A stretch of DNA of 30,200 nt from an uncultured Desulfosarcinaceae bacterium (GTDB lineage: Bacteria > Desulfobacterota > Desulfobacteria > Desulfobacterales > Desulfosarcinaceae), in the NCBI GenBank assembly GCA_964527275.1, contig CAZGPF010000001.1, positions 1 to 30,200 of the forward strand, given 5' to 3'. Positions 7,379 to 16,772 of the stretch are shown here, piece by piece. The translations under genes were made by a program, and so were the position numbers. How positions within the stretch are numbered: position 1 is the stretch's first letter; every line of letters begins with the position of its first letter. Under the pieces are notes generated by a model. That model saw only the letters and a list, made by a program, of their open reading frames with translations. It searched no databases and was not told the DNA's origin.

Positions 7379-9823
7379 TTACATTTTGGTCCGTAAATTC
7401 TTTGGATCGTAAGGCGAGCTCAAGGAGGCCTTGACCGGAACCTTGCGGCCTTCGATCATGATCTCATAATTGCCGGAGTTAATCCAGTCGTTGGTCACAC
7501 CTTTTTCGTTGTGCAGATAGCCCATGCCAACCGAAGCGCCGACTAAATGTCCATAGGCACCGGAACGGATCTGTCCCACCACTTCACCATCGCGGTAGAT
7601 GGGTTCATTGGCGTAAAGCATAGGTTCCGATTCTTGCAGTGTGAACATCACCATTTTTTTAGTCAAGCCGCTCTCCTTTTGCTGCACCAGCGCCTGCTTG
7701 CCGTCAAACTCCTGCTTGCTGAGTTTTACACCGAAGCCCAGCCCAGCCTCGTAGGGCGTGTCCTCCGGGGTGATATCCGATTCCCAGTGACGGTAGCCGG
7801 TCTCCAGCCGCAGGGAGTTGACCGCCTGCATGCCCACTAGTCGCAGGCCGAACTTCTCACCCGCCGCCATGATGGCGTCGAATAGAGGTACGGCAAACAT
7901 GGAGGGAATATAGAGCTCCCATCCCAACTCGCCCACGTAGGACATGCGCACCGCCAGCGGCCGCGCGTAGGCCACGTCCATCTCTTTGGCCGTTGCGTAG
8001 GGGAAGGCCGCGTTCGAAAGATCCTCATCAGTGAGGGTTGCCAGCAGGTCCCTGGACTTGGGCCCCATGATGGCCAGCATGGCGTAGCCGTGGGTCACAT
8101 CGGTGACCGTGGCACGGGCATCGGCAGGGATGCGTCTTTTTATATAGTCCAAATCGCGGATGGTTGTGCCGGCGGCGGTGACGATGAAAAACTCATCCTC
8201 AGCGATGCGGGTGACGGTGATGTCGGTTTCAAATCCGCCCTTGTTATTAAGCACGGGCGTGTAAACGACCCGGCCGACGGATAGGGCTACGTCATTGGAG
8301 CAGATGCGCTGCAGCACGTCTTTGGCGTCCGGGCCCTGCACCAGCAGTTTGCCCATGGAGGAGAGGTCGTACATGCCCACGTTTTCACGCACCGCCATGT
8401 GCTCCCGGGCCTGGTGTTCGAACCAGTTGGCCCGGCCCCAGTTATATTCGTACACCGGCTCGACACCTTTAGGAGCGAACCAGTCGGCCCGCTCCCAGCC
8501 GGCAATCATGCTGAAACAGGCGCCGTTGGCAGTCAGGCGGTCGTGGAACGGAGAGCAGATCACCGGACGTGCCGTCGTGCGCTGGCGGTTGGGGTAGTGG
8601 TGTTCGTAGAGAATGCCAACCGATTCGACGATGCGGTCGTGAAGATAGCGTTTGTTCTGCTGCCAGGGGAAATAGCGGCGCACATCAACGGGCCACAACT
8701 GCTCTTCAGGATAGCCCTGGTCGATCCATTGTGCCAGGGCGCGGCCCACGCCTGCGGCGCTGGCAATGCCCACCGAGTTCATGCCGCAGCCTACGAAGAA
8801 GTTTTTGACATGCGGGGCCTCACCCACCAAGAAGGCGTTGTCCGGGGTGAAGCTTTCGGGCACCACCGAGAGGTGGCGGATCTGGGCATTTTCCAAGGCC
8901 GGAAAACGTTTGAAACCACACTCCAGGAAAATCTCAAATTGATCCCAATCTTCCGATAGCTCAGAATATTTGAATTCATCCGGGATGCCATCCATGCCCC
9001 AGGGCTTGGCTACCGGCTCGAAACCGCCGATAAGGATACCGCCCGACTCCTCCTTGAAATAGGAGTAGCCGTCGAAATCGCGTACCGTGGGAAAGTTTTT
9101 CGTCAAGCCTTCGATGGGCATGGTGATGGCGTGCATGTGTTCTGCGGCCAGCAAAGGAATGCTGACCCGGGCCATTTGACCGATATGGCGTCCCCACATG
9201 CCGGCGCAATTGACAACGATGTCGCAGGCGATCTTGCCTTGGTCCGTGCTGACGCCGCAGACCGCGCCGTTTTTCAGGTGAATGTCGGTCACCTTTACCC
9301 CTTCGAGAACCTTGGCACCACCCATCTTGGCTCCCCGTGCCATGGCCATGGCCGTGGTTTGGGGATCGGTAATGCCGTCGTTGGGCAGGTAGAAAGCGGC
9401 CACCAGATCTTCGGTGCTCATCCCCGGCACCAGCGCTTCGGCCTCCTTGAGGCTGATCTCGTACATGTCGATACCGAAGGCGCTGGCCATGGCGGCGCCG
9501 CGCAGCCATTCACGCCGCCTATCCTCGGTTTGGCAGACGCCGATGGCACCGTTCATCTTGAACCCGGTAGCCACGCCGGTTTCCTCTTCCAGCTTGGCGT
9601 AGCATTGCAGGGCGTACTTGGCCAGGTTGGTCATCTCCTGGTTCTGTCGCAGTTGGGCCAGCAGGCCGGCCGCCGCCCAGGTGGTGCCGGAACCGATATC
9701 CTTACGTTCCAGAAGAAGCACATCGGTGTAGCCGTTCTTGGTAAGATGATAGGCCGTGCTGCAGCCGACGATGCCGCCACCGATGACTACGATCCGGGCT
9801 TGAGTGGGCAGAGTTGTGGTCAT
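7379..9823 (-). CDS. FAD-dependent N-demethylating dehydrogenase with a GcvT (THF-binding) domain; dimethylglycine/sarcosine dehydrogenase or methylaminobutanoate oxidase family
   Basis: 814 aa. Rossmann motif VVIGGGIVG, then VVNCAGMW, ESFTPD and a GcvT half (VRENVGMYDLS, GRVVYT..LN..GG, MSYVGELGWELY, SLRLETGY). Substrate unknown. Confidence 0.88.
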   Translation of the reverse strand: MTTTLPTQARIVVIGGGIVGCSTAYHLTKNGYTDVLLLERKDIGSGTTWAAAGLLAQLRQNQEMTNLAKYALQCYAKLEEETGVATGFKMNGAIGVCQTEDRRREWLRGAAMASAFGIDMYEISLKEAEALVPGMSTEDLVAAFYLPNDGITDPQTTAMAMARGAKMGGAKVLEGVKVTDIHLKNGAVCGVSTDQGKIACDIVVNCAGMWGRHIGQMARVSIPLLAAEHMHAITMPIEGLTKNFPTVRDFDGYSYFKEESGGILIGGFEPVAKPWGMDGIPDEFKYSELSEDWDQFEIFLECGFKRFPALENAQIRHLSVVPESFTPDNAFLVGEAPHVKNFFVGCGMNSVGIASAAGVGRALAQWIDQGYPEEQLWPVDVRRYFPWQQNKRYLHDRIVESVGILYEHHYPNRQRTTARPVICSPFHDRLTANGACFSMIAGWERADWFAPKGVEPVYEYNWGRANWFEHQAREHMAVRENVGMYDLSSMGKLLVQGPDAKDVLQRICSNDVALSVGRVVYTPVLNNKGGFETDITVTRIAEDEFFIVTAAGTTIRDLDYIKRRIPADARATVTDVTHGYAMLAIMGPKSRDLLATLTDEDLSNAAFPYATAKEMDVAYARPLAVRMSYVGELGWELYIPSMFAVPLFDAIMAAGEKFGLRLVGMQAVNSLRLETGYRHWESDITPEDTPYEAGLGFGVKLSKQEFDGKQALVQQKESGLTKKMVMFTLQESEPMLYANEPIYRDGEVVGQIRSGAYGHLVGASVGMGYLHNEKGVTNDWINSGNYEIMIEGRKVPVKASLSSPYDPKNLRTKM

Positions 9824-9986
9824 GATTTCTCCTTATATTCGCCGTGAAATTTGGGGGCGCCAGCAGCGCCGAAAGCGATTATGGGCCACATATAAACATA
9901 GTATCTAATTAAATGTGATCCGTTTTTGTGGTCTGCCCGCGCGTTCGATCCGGGCAGTGATGAGTGAAGCGTTGAGGGCCAGTTTT

Positions 9987-11711
9987 TTACCTTCCATTAG
10001 CATTTTTCATGCCATCGTTATGCTCGCTTTGGGAGGGAGGGCACAAAGTGTCAAAGGAGGTATTGCGCAAGAACAAGGATTGAAAATTTGGCCTTTCGGC
10101 AATGGACAAATGCAACACGTTTTTCATCCTGGTTTGTATGAATTCTCTGTTGGCCGCATCTGTAAGCATGAGCGCGCAGCCGGTTCGACAAGTGTTGCCT
10201 GCAAAATTGATCGCTCCTCTGAAAGCGCACGGGATGATGCCAGTCTGGCGCAGGCTCTTTTCCCGCAAATGGTGGCCGAAGGCACCGGCAATCACGATTT
10301 TTTTCAATTGATGCGGTTGGACATCGGCGGCGTCGAGCAGCAGGTCAATACCGGTTCGGAGAGCGCTCTTGGCAAGTTGAAATGCCCGAATGTCTTTCTG
10401 GGTGAAGTAAACATCGTCGGCCAGCCGTATGGCCGCTACGCGATCCAAGATCTCAAAGCGATCTGTCAAAAGCCCTGCTTCGAGACTCTCAATGCGCAAA
10501 TTTCTCAGCCTGCCACCGGAATCTACAGCACCCATGCGGACCAGGCAGGCCATGGTGTCCATGATGCCGCTGCCGCAGATGCCTTTGGCCGGAATATTGC
10601 CGATGGTCCTGGTGGCGAGGTGCTCCTCGTTGGTCCAGACCATTTCTATGGCCCCGGTCGAGGCGCGCATGCCGTGGGAGATGCCCATGCCCTCGAAAGC
10701 CGGGCCCGCCGCCGTTGATGTCACCACGCACTGGCCGTCGGTAATCAAGGCCATCTCCCCGTTGGTGCCGATATCGATGAACAGCAGTGGCGCGGCCTGG
10801 TTAAAAAAATCGATGCTCAACAACCCGGCACTCATATCGGAGCCTACAAAAGCGTGTACCACGGGGGGGACGTATATCCGGGCCCGAGGGTTTACATTCA
10901 ATCGGAACACTTGGGACTTATAGGTCCGACCGCACTCTATGCCGATGGTAAACGGCAGTACGCCCAAGGGTGAAGGGTCGATGCAGGCGGCGATTTGAAG
11001 CATGGTGGTATTACCGCCTATGACACCATCGACAATTTCGTGCGGCTGGGCCCCGGCAATTTGGCAGGTCTTTGCCACTAGCTCGTTCAGGCCATTCGAA
11101 ACGAGCGTGGCCAGTTGTGTCAGGCCCTCTTCGGTGGAGGCCATTTGAATTCTAGTCATCACGTCGTGGCCGAAGCGGGTTTGGGGATTGAGCGCTGAAG
11201 CCGTTGCCAGCTCTCTTCCTGAGCGCAAATCCATCAGGGTCATGACCAGCGTGGTCGTTCCCATGTCCACGGCAATACCCTTCGGGGAGAAGCCCTCCCG
11301 CCACTCTACTAACGGCGTGGGCTCCTCCTTACGATAGTGAAGCCATGGCCCTTCCTCGTGATTACGGATCGTAGCAGCCGGGGCTGCCCGGCTATTGCGG
11401 ATCAAACCGCCCTCCAGAATCCGCGCATCCAGCGAATAGTCCTCTATCAAGGTGACCCGCATATTTTGTGTGGCCACCACTTTGCAGGCCAGTCGCATAC
11501 CCGAGGCCAACTCATCTTGCGTAAGGTGGTCTTGATGTTCATCCTGATCCCGGGCCGCATCCTTGATGCGTACCTTGCATTTGCCGCACAATCCTTGACC
11601 ATTGCAGGGCGATGAAATCTCGATGCCGGCCTGGCGCAAGGCATCCATCAAAAGTGTTCCCTTCAGGACATTGAGCTTCCTTTCCAACGGTAAAATGGTC
11701 AGGCGGATCAT
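9987..11711 (-). CDS. ATP-dependent reductive activator of corrinoid proteins (RamA/RACo-like; 2Fe-2S plus ASKHA domains)
   Basis: 574 aa from MIRLTILP (AAGGGGAG upstream of ATG 11711). Ferredoxin motif CNGQGLCGKC..RLAC and ASKHA motifs DMGTTT, DIGTNGE, AGPAFEG, GICGSG and IAGAFG. Confidence 0.88.
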   Translation of the reverse strand: MIRLTILPLERKLNVLKGTLLMDALRQAGIEISSPCNGQGLCGKCKVRIKDAARDQDEHQDHLTQDELASGMRLACKVVATQNMRVTLIEDYSLDARILEGGLIRNSRAAPAATIRNHEEGPWLHYRKEEPTPLVEWREGFSPKGIAVDMGTTTLVMTLMDLRSGRELATASALNPQTRFGHDVMTRIQMASTEEGLTQLATLVSNGLNELVAKTCQIAGAQPHEIVDGVIGGNTTMLQIAACIDPSPLGVLPFTIGIECGRTYKSQVFRLNVNPRARIYVPPVVHAFVGSDMSAGLLSIDFFNQAAPLLFIDIGTNGEMALITDGQCVVTSTAAGPAFEGMGISHGMRASTGAIEMVWTNEEHLATRTIGNIPAKGICGSGIMDTMACLVRMGAVDSGGRLRNLRIESLEAGLLTDRFEILDRVAAIRLADDVYFTQKDIRAFQLAKSALRTGIDLLLDAADVQPHQLKKIVIAGAFGHHLREKSLRQTGIIPCAFRGAINFAGNTCRTGCALMLTDAANREFIQTRMKNVLHLSIAERPNFQSLFLRNTSFDTLCPPSQSEHNDGMKNANGR

Positions 11712-11904
11712 ATCACTCCCCTTGCCGTTGCGTAATTGAATGTCGCCCATGGTGATCGTCCTGTATTCCGCGAAAAACTCGCCCTGAAAGTGTCGCCCGG
11801 TACACATATGTAACGTAACAGGGTTGTAAAATGTGACACCCCGCTGCCCACAAAACCGGATTTCGTTATTAGCGTCTCTATCTGAATTTATCTCTCTATT
11901 CAAA

Positions 11905-11927
11905 CGCGCATGCCTAATTCATGCGCG
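11905..11927. promoter_or_regulatory. Perfect 8-bp inverted repeat, candidate operator
   Basis: CGCGCATG-cctaatt-CATGCGCG, located in the divergent intergenic region 11712-12018. Confidence 0.5.
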
Positions 11928-11938
11928 GCAGTTTGATA

Positions 11939-11953
11939 TGGCACGCTATTTGT
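11939..11953 (+). promoter_or_regulatory. Candidate sigma-54 (-24/-12) promoter for the transporter/methyltransferase arm
   Basis: TGGCAC-GCTAT-TTGT versus the consensus TGGCAC-N5-TTGC: perfect -24 element and one mismatch at -12. About 65 nt upstream of the tauB-like start. Confidence 0.5.
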
Positions 11954-12018
11954 AAAATATAGCATGAAACGTCGTTCGATCTTTAATTTTTTTTTAGCCA
12001 GGCCACGGGAGGCGCATA

Positions 12019-12834
12019 GTGGATAATAGACCAAAAGAGAGTGAACTCCGGGTTGAAAATTTGAGCATGACTTATCGTACTGAAACCGGTGACGAGGTAC
12101 ATGCCTTGGAAGACATCAATTTCACCATGGACAAAGGCAACCTGGTGGTAGTGGTGGGGCCCTCGGGCTGCGGCAAAACCACGTTGCTGAACACCATCGC
12201 GGGGTTTCTGACGCCCACCGGAGGACGGATCGTCCTTGATGGCGAGGTCATCGAACGGCCTGGGGCCGAACGCGGGGTGGTGTTTCAGAAGGGCGCTCTG
12301 TTCGAATGGCTAACGGTATATGAGAATGCCGTATTCGGCCTGAAAATGCGAAACGTTGACGAAAAAAAGCGCCACGAGAGGGTTATGGAGTACCTCGACC
12401 TGGTCGATCTGACCGACTTTACCGACACTCCCATCTACAATCTTTCCGGTGGCATGCAGCAGCGCGTGGCAATTGTGCGCTGTCTGGCCAACAATCCTTC
12501 CATTCTGCTGATGGACGAACCCCTGGGAGCCCTGGATGCCCTCACCCGCGAAAAGATGCAGACGCTGATCCTGCGGATCTGGCAGGAGACCGGCAAAATG
12601 GTCTTTTTTATTACCCATAGCGTGGAAGAAGCCATTTATCTGGCTACCGACCTTTTCGTCATGTCGGCCCGCCCCGGCCAGATCATGAAGCGCTACGAGC
12701 TCGATTTCTGCCGCCAGGGATTGGAAAAAGACCCGCGTGAGCTGAAATCGGCCGCCGACTTCATCGCAATCCGCGAGGAGGTGCTGGGACTGATCTGGGG
12801 TATGGAAGAGGAAACCGAGGCGCATGCGACCTGA
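12019..12834 (+). CDS. tauB: ABC transporter ATP-binding subunit, TauB/SsuB family
   Basis: Walker A GPSGCGKTT, VFQ Q-loop, signature LSGGMQQ, Walker B LLMDEP and H-loop ITHSVEEA. GTG start with GGGAGG upstream. Confidence 0.85.
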   Translation: MDNRPKESELRVENLSMTYRTETGDEVHALEDINFTMDKGNLVVVVGPSGCGKTTLLNTIAGFLTPTGGRIVLDGEVIERPGAERGVVFQKGALFEWLTVYENAVFGLKMRNVDEKKRHERVMEYLDLVDLTDFTDTPIYNLSGGMQQRVAIVRCLANNPSILLMDEPLGALDALTREKMQTLILRIWQETGKMVFFITHSVEEAIYLATDLFVMSARPGQIMKRYELDFCRQGLEKDPRELKSAADFIAIREEVLGLIWGMEEETEAHAT

Positions 12835-12981
12835 TCCAGGCATGGGCGTCGGAGAACGAACGGCTGATATCGGATGTTCCGCCTGCCCGGTTAAGAATCG
12901 TGTAGCAGGGAGGCGAAGGACAATCACGGCTCTGGCAAACACCGGAGTCGGGTAAACACACTCGAATGAAGGAGGAATAAT

Positions 12982-13998
12982 ATGAAGTTTCGCAAAGCAT
13001 GGTTAGTGGTTGGTTTAATCCTTATCGCGCTGGTGACTGTTTTCTGTCTGGGCAGTCCGGCCGTGGCTAAAACGAAGAAAGTAACAGTTGCCTATTTTCC
13101 GGGCTGGCCGGGAACCTTTGAATTCGGTTGGGCAAAAGGATGGTTTGACAATGAGATGGGCGTCAAGGTCGACTTCCGCGAGTTTGGTTCTGGAGCGGAG
13201 ATGACTACGGCCATGGCTTCGGGGGATATCTCCATCGCCTACGCCCTGGGGACCACGCCGTTTGCCATCGCCGTGACCCAGGGACTGCCCTTGAAAATGG
13301 TTGCGATCTCCGAAAACTACAGCGAATCGGAAAACCTGGTGGTTCGGGGAGGTTCCGGGATTGCTACACCTAGCGACCTGATCGGCAAAAAAATTGGCGT
13401 ACCTTTTGGAACCACGGCCCATTACCGTCTGATGGGTATTCTCGAGATGTCCGGCATTGCCGAACAAGATGTTAAGGTTATCGACCTCAGCAATCCCGAC
13501 ATCATGCCGGCGTTTATCCGCGAGGATATCGACGGTGGCTGTGCCTGGGAACCCACTGTCAGCCAGATGATTGAAAAAGGCGGCCACATCCTGGTCTCTT
13601 CCGCCGATCAGATCAAGGCGGGGTACAGCACTTATGGTATCGTCGCGGTTACCGATGAGTTCGCCAATGAACACGGCGATCTGGTGACCAAGTTTCTCCA
13701 GGTGGTGAACAGATCCACCGTCACCTACCACAAGAATCCCAAGTCCACTTATGCCGCCATCGGCAAAATGGCTGGTATCACACCTGAGAAGACAAAAGAT
13801 ATCATGAGCACTATGGGCTTTTACGACAAACAGACCCAGTTGAGTGATGCCTGGCTGGGAACCAGCGCGGAGCCGGGCCAGATCGTTCACAATATCAAGA
13901 AGGTCAGTGATTTTCTGGTGCAACAAGGGGCCATGGACAAGTCCCTGCCCGATTATGGCAAGTTTATCGATGCTAGCTTCATGGAAAATGTAAAATAA
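12982..13998 (+). CDS. tauA: ABC transporter substrate-binding protein, TauA-like
   Basis: Signal peptide, then VAYFPGWP..GVKVDFREFGSGAEMTTAMASGDI, DLIGKKIGVPFGTTAHY and IDGGCAWEP, which resemble marine-type TauA. The exact ligand is unproven. Confidence 0.75.
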   Translation: MKFRKAWLVVGLILIALVTVFCLGSPAVAKTKKVTVAYFPGWPGTFEFGWAKGWFDNEMGVKVDFREFGSGAEMTTAMASGDISIAYALGTTPFAIAVTQGLPLKMVAISENYSESENLVVRGGSGIATPSDLIGKKIGVPFGTTAHYRLMGILEMSGIAEQDVKVIDLSNPDIMPAFIREDIDGGCAWEPTVSQMIEKGGHILVSSADQIKAGYSTYGIVAVTDEFANEHGDLVTKFLQVVNRSTVTYHKNPKSTYAAIGKMAGITPEKTKDIMSTMGFYDKQTQLSDAWLGTSAEPGQIVHNIKKVSDFLVQQGAMDKSLPDYGKFIDASFMENVK

Positions 13999-14128
13999 CC
14001 ACCACCTCCCCGGGGGGCTACGAGGGACGTGCCAATGGCCGCCCTCATAGCGCCCCGGCATTTCATAACCTGAACTAAACACTTGGGCTTGACAACACAG
14101 ATATACGCCATAATGCTGGGAGAGGACG

Positions 14129-14905
14129 ATGACCAAACTGGTGCTGGAAAAGACAACTTATAGCTATCCTGAGAAGGGGAGCGGAGCGGGGCGCAGGGGA
14201 GACTTGGCGGAGACCAATCTTCACCTGGAAGCGGCCACGATCACGGCGGTAGTCGGCGCCGCTGGTGCGGGCACCAACACTTTGTTGAACCTGATCGCCG
14301 GTCTGATACAGCCCACCGAAGGTCGTGTACTCTGGAAGGGGCAACCGGTGACTGACCAGAGCCCCGACCGGAGCGTCGTTTTCCATCAGAGCGCCCTCTA
14401 TCCGTGGTTGTCCGTGGCCGAGAATATCGAATTCGGCCTACAAAACCGGAAGATGCGGCGACGGGAGCGCAAAATGCGCGTGGCCGAATATCTAGATCGC
14501 TTCTATCTTACCAAGAAAGCCAACCAGCCAGTTTATCAGGTCAAAGACCACCACGACCTTATTCTGATAAGCTTTGCCCGTTGTCTGGCGAGAGAACCGG
14601 AATTGGCGCTTATCGGAGACGAGCCGTTGAGTCAGATCAACGACCGGTTCCGCAACAGGCTACGGAAGGCCCTGCTCAAGTTCTGGTCGGATAAGCAAAC
14701 GATGCTGATGCTGTTCACCAGCGATGTGGAAGAAGCGCTGCTTATGGCCTCGAAGATTTTCATCATGAGCGGACGTCCCGGCAGGATCGTGAGGCAACTT
14801 GAAGCTGATTTTTGCAACCAGGTGCGGAGTGACGGGGTAGATGCCGTTCGTCATGTGACCGAATTCAGGCAGATGCGAAGGGATGTGCTCCGCCAAGTGA
14901 TCTGA
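14129..14905 (+). CDS. TauB-like ABC ATPase paralog with degenerate catalytic motifs
   Basis: Intact 258-aa frame that aligns by eye with 12019-12834 (DRSVVFHQSALYPWLSVAENIEFGL; IMSGRPGRI). Walker A reads GAAGAGTNT, the LSGGQ signature is replaced by VYQVKDHHD, and the H-loop reads FTSDVEEA. Confidence 0.8.
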   Translation: MTKLVLEKTTYSYPEKGSGAGRRGDLAETNLHLEAATITAVVGAAGAGTNTLLNLIAGLIQPTEGRVLWKGQPVTDQSPDRSVVFHQSALYPWLSVAENIEFGLQNRKMRRRERKMRVAEYLDRFYLTKKANQPVYQVKDHHDLILISFARCLAREPELALIGDEPLSQINDRFRNRLRKALLKFWSDKQTMLMLFTSDVEEALLMASKIFIMSGRPGRIVRQLEADFCNQVRSDGVDAVRHVTEFRQMRRDVLRQVI

Positions 14906-15025
14906 CGCCGTCCGTATACGGTTGTAGTCCGGGGCCCAAAACCTAACTACTTTATGCGCAAGGACTCGTTTACGACATGAAGTCCGCTATCCGGTTTCAA
15001 TGCATGCAAGGGAAGGAAGAATACC

Positions 15026-15889
15026 ATGGAAGATCTTCTGGCCAGAATTAAATCACTCTTGGGCTTTAAAGCCGACGATGATTTCGAAAAGAAGAAGACC
15101 GTCAAATTCGGTGATCCCTCCGCCAGCGGACAGGGACGCAAGTGGAGTATTGTAAGTATCCTCGCCCTGCTGATCACCTGGGTGGTAATCTGCGAACTGG
15201 AGGTCGTTCCTCCGCTCTTCTGGCCTTCGCCCATGGCGGTGCTGGAGAAATTTTACATGATCGCCGTGGAAGGCTATCGCGGCCACACGCTGTTTGGGCA
15301 CTTTGCGATTAGCCTGTATCGCGTTATGTCCGGTTTCTTGCTAGGTTGCTTCTTCGGCGTGCTGCTGGGAATCACCATGGGTCTGAGCAGCATCGTACGC
15401 GGCCTGTTCGACCCCATCATCGAGCTCTACCGGCCGGTTCCTCCGCTAGCTTATATTCCCATCATCATCATCTGGATGGGGATCGGCGATAGCGGCAAGA
15501 TCATGCTCCTGTTTTTGGCCACCTTCGCCATCATGGTGATCAACGCCCGTTCGGGGGTGCATTCGGTTACGGTCGAGAAGATCCACGCCGCCTACTCCCT
15601 GGGGGCGACGCGTTGGCAAGTCCTGCGACATGTCATACTAGTCAATGCCCTGCCGGAGATCTTCACCGGCATGCGTGTCTCCATGGGGGTCTGCTGGGCC
15701 ACCCTGGTAGCGGCCGAAATGGTGGCAGCCACCGCGGGCATCGGCTGGATGGTTCTCAATGCGGCCCGCTACCTGCGAACCGACATTGTGATCATGGGCG
15801 TGATCGTCATGGGCGTGATTGGATACGGCTTCGACCTGATCATGCGGCTGATGGAGAGGAAATTGATCCCCTGGAGGGGCAAGACCTGA
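15026..15889 (+). CDS. tauC: ABC transporter permease, TauC/SsuC family
   Basis: Hydrophobic segments plus PLFWPSP, SLYRVMSGF, RPVPPLAYIP, the EAA-like HAAYSLGA, LPEIFTGMR and LVAAEMVAA. Confidence 0.85.
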   Translation: MEDLLARIKSLLGFKADDDFEKKKTVKFGDPSASGQGRKWSIVSILALLITWVVICELEVVPPLFWPSPMAVLEKFYMIAVEGYRGHTLFGHFAISLYRVMSGFLLGCFFGVLLGITMGLSSIVRGLFDPIIELYRPVPPLAYIPIIIIWMGIGDSGKIMLLFLATFAIMVINARSGVHSVTVEKIHAAYSLGATRWQVLRHVILVNALPEIFTGMRVSMGVCWATLVAAEMVAATAGIGWMVLNAARYLRTDIVIMGVIVMGVIGYGFDLIMRLMERKLIPWRGKT

Positions 15890-15956
15890 TGACGGGCCGC
15901 GACACCCGAGCCAACACAAAAATCAACACAAAAAATAGCTAACGGATTGTTTTATC

Positions 15957-16754
15957 ATGATTATCATCGGAGAACTGATAAACGCCAGCCGCAAGGCAAT
16001 TGGCGCGGCAATTGAGGCTGAAGACTCGGCCAGTATTCAAAAGGTAGCCTTGGATCAGGCGGAAGCCGGCGCGAACTACATCGATGTCAACGCAGGTATT
16101 TTCGTGGGCAAGGAGCCGGCTTATCTCAAGTGGCTGATCAGACAGGTCCAGGCTGTAACAGACAGGCCCTGCGCTATCGACAGCCCTGATCCCAAGGCCA
16201 TCGAAGCGGCGTTGGAGGTCCACCAGGGCACTCCCATGATCAACTCCATCTCTCTGGAGAAGGAGCGCTACGAAAACCTGCTGCCCATCATCGCCAACAG
16301 CGACATGAAAGTCATCGCCCTCTGTATGAGCGATGATGGTATGCCCGAAACCGTTGAGGACCGGTTGAAAATTGCTGACAAGCTGGTCAACGGCTTGCTG
16401 CAAAAAAATGTTGCCATCGGCAACATCTACGTCGATCCGCTGGTGCAGCCCATGAGCGTCAACAACAACTTTGGCGTGGAGTTTGTCAACTCCGTGGAAA
16501 AGATCGTCAACTATTTTCCGGGAATCCATACAGCCTGCGGCTTGTCGAACATCTCCTACGGCCTGCCGGCCCGCAAATTCTTGAATCAGATATTCATGGT
16601 CATGGCCATTGCCAAGGGGCTGGACGGTGCTATCGTTAATCCTCTGGACAAGAGGATGATGGCCAATATCGTGGCCGCCGAAGCACTGGCGGGTCAGGAT
16701 AGTTTCTGCATGAACTACATCAAGTCCTACCGTTCAGGCTTGCTGGATGGTTGA
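15957..16754 (+). CDS. Methyltetrahydrofolate:corrinoid methyltransferase (pterin-binding, AcsE/MtgA-like)
   Basis: MIIIGELINASRK, GANYIDVNAG, AIDSPDP, MINSISLE, VDPLVQP, GLSNISYGLP and AIVNP. Confidence 0.88.
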   Translation: MIIIGELINASRKAIGAAIEAEDSASIQKVALDQAEAGANYIDVNAGIFVGKEPAYLKWLIRQVQAVTDRPCAIDSPDPKAIEAALEVHQGTPMINSISLEKERYENLLPIIANSDMKVIALCMSDDGMPETVEDRLKIADKLVNGLLQKNVAIGNIYVDPLVQPMSVNNNFGVEFVNSVEKIVNYFPGIHTACGLSNISYGLPARKFLNQIFMVMAIAKGLDGAIVNPLDKRMMANIVAAEALAGQDSFCMNYIKSYRSGLLDG

Positions 16755-16772
16755 CTATGAGGGAGGTCCGGC

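Noticed and set aside
14089-14114. Sigma-70 promoter TTGACA...CATAAT before the degenerate ATPase
   Set aside because: The spacer is only 14 nt, outside the usual 16-18. An internal promoter cannot be excluded but is not supported.
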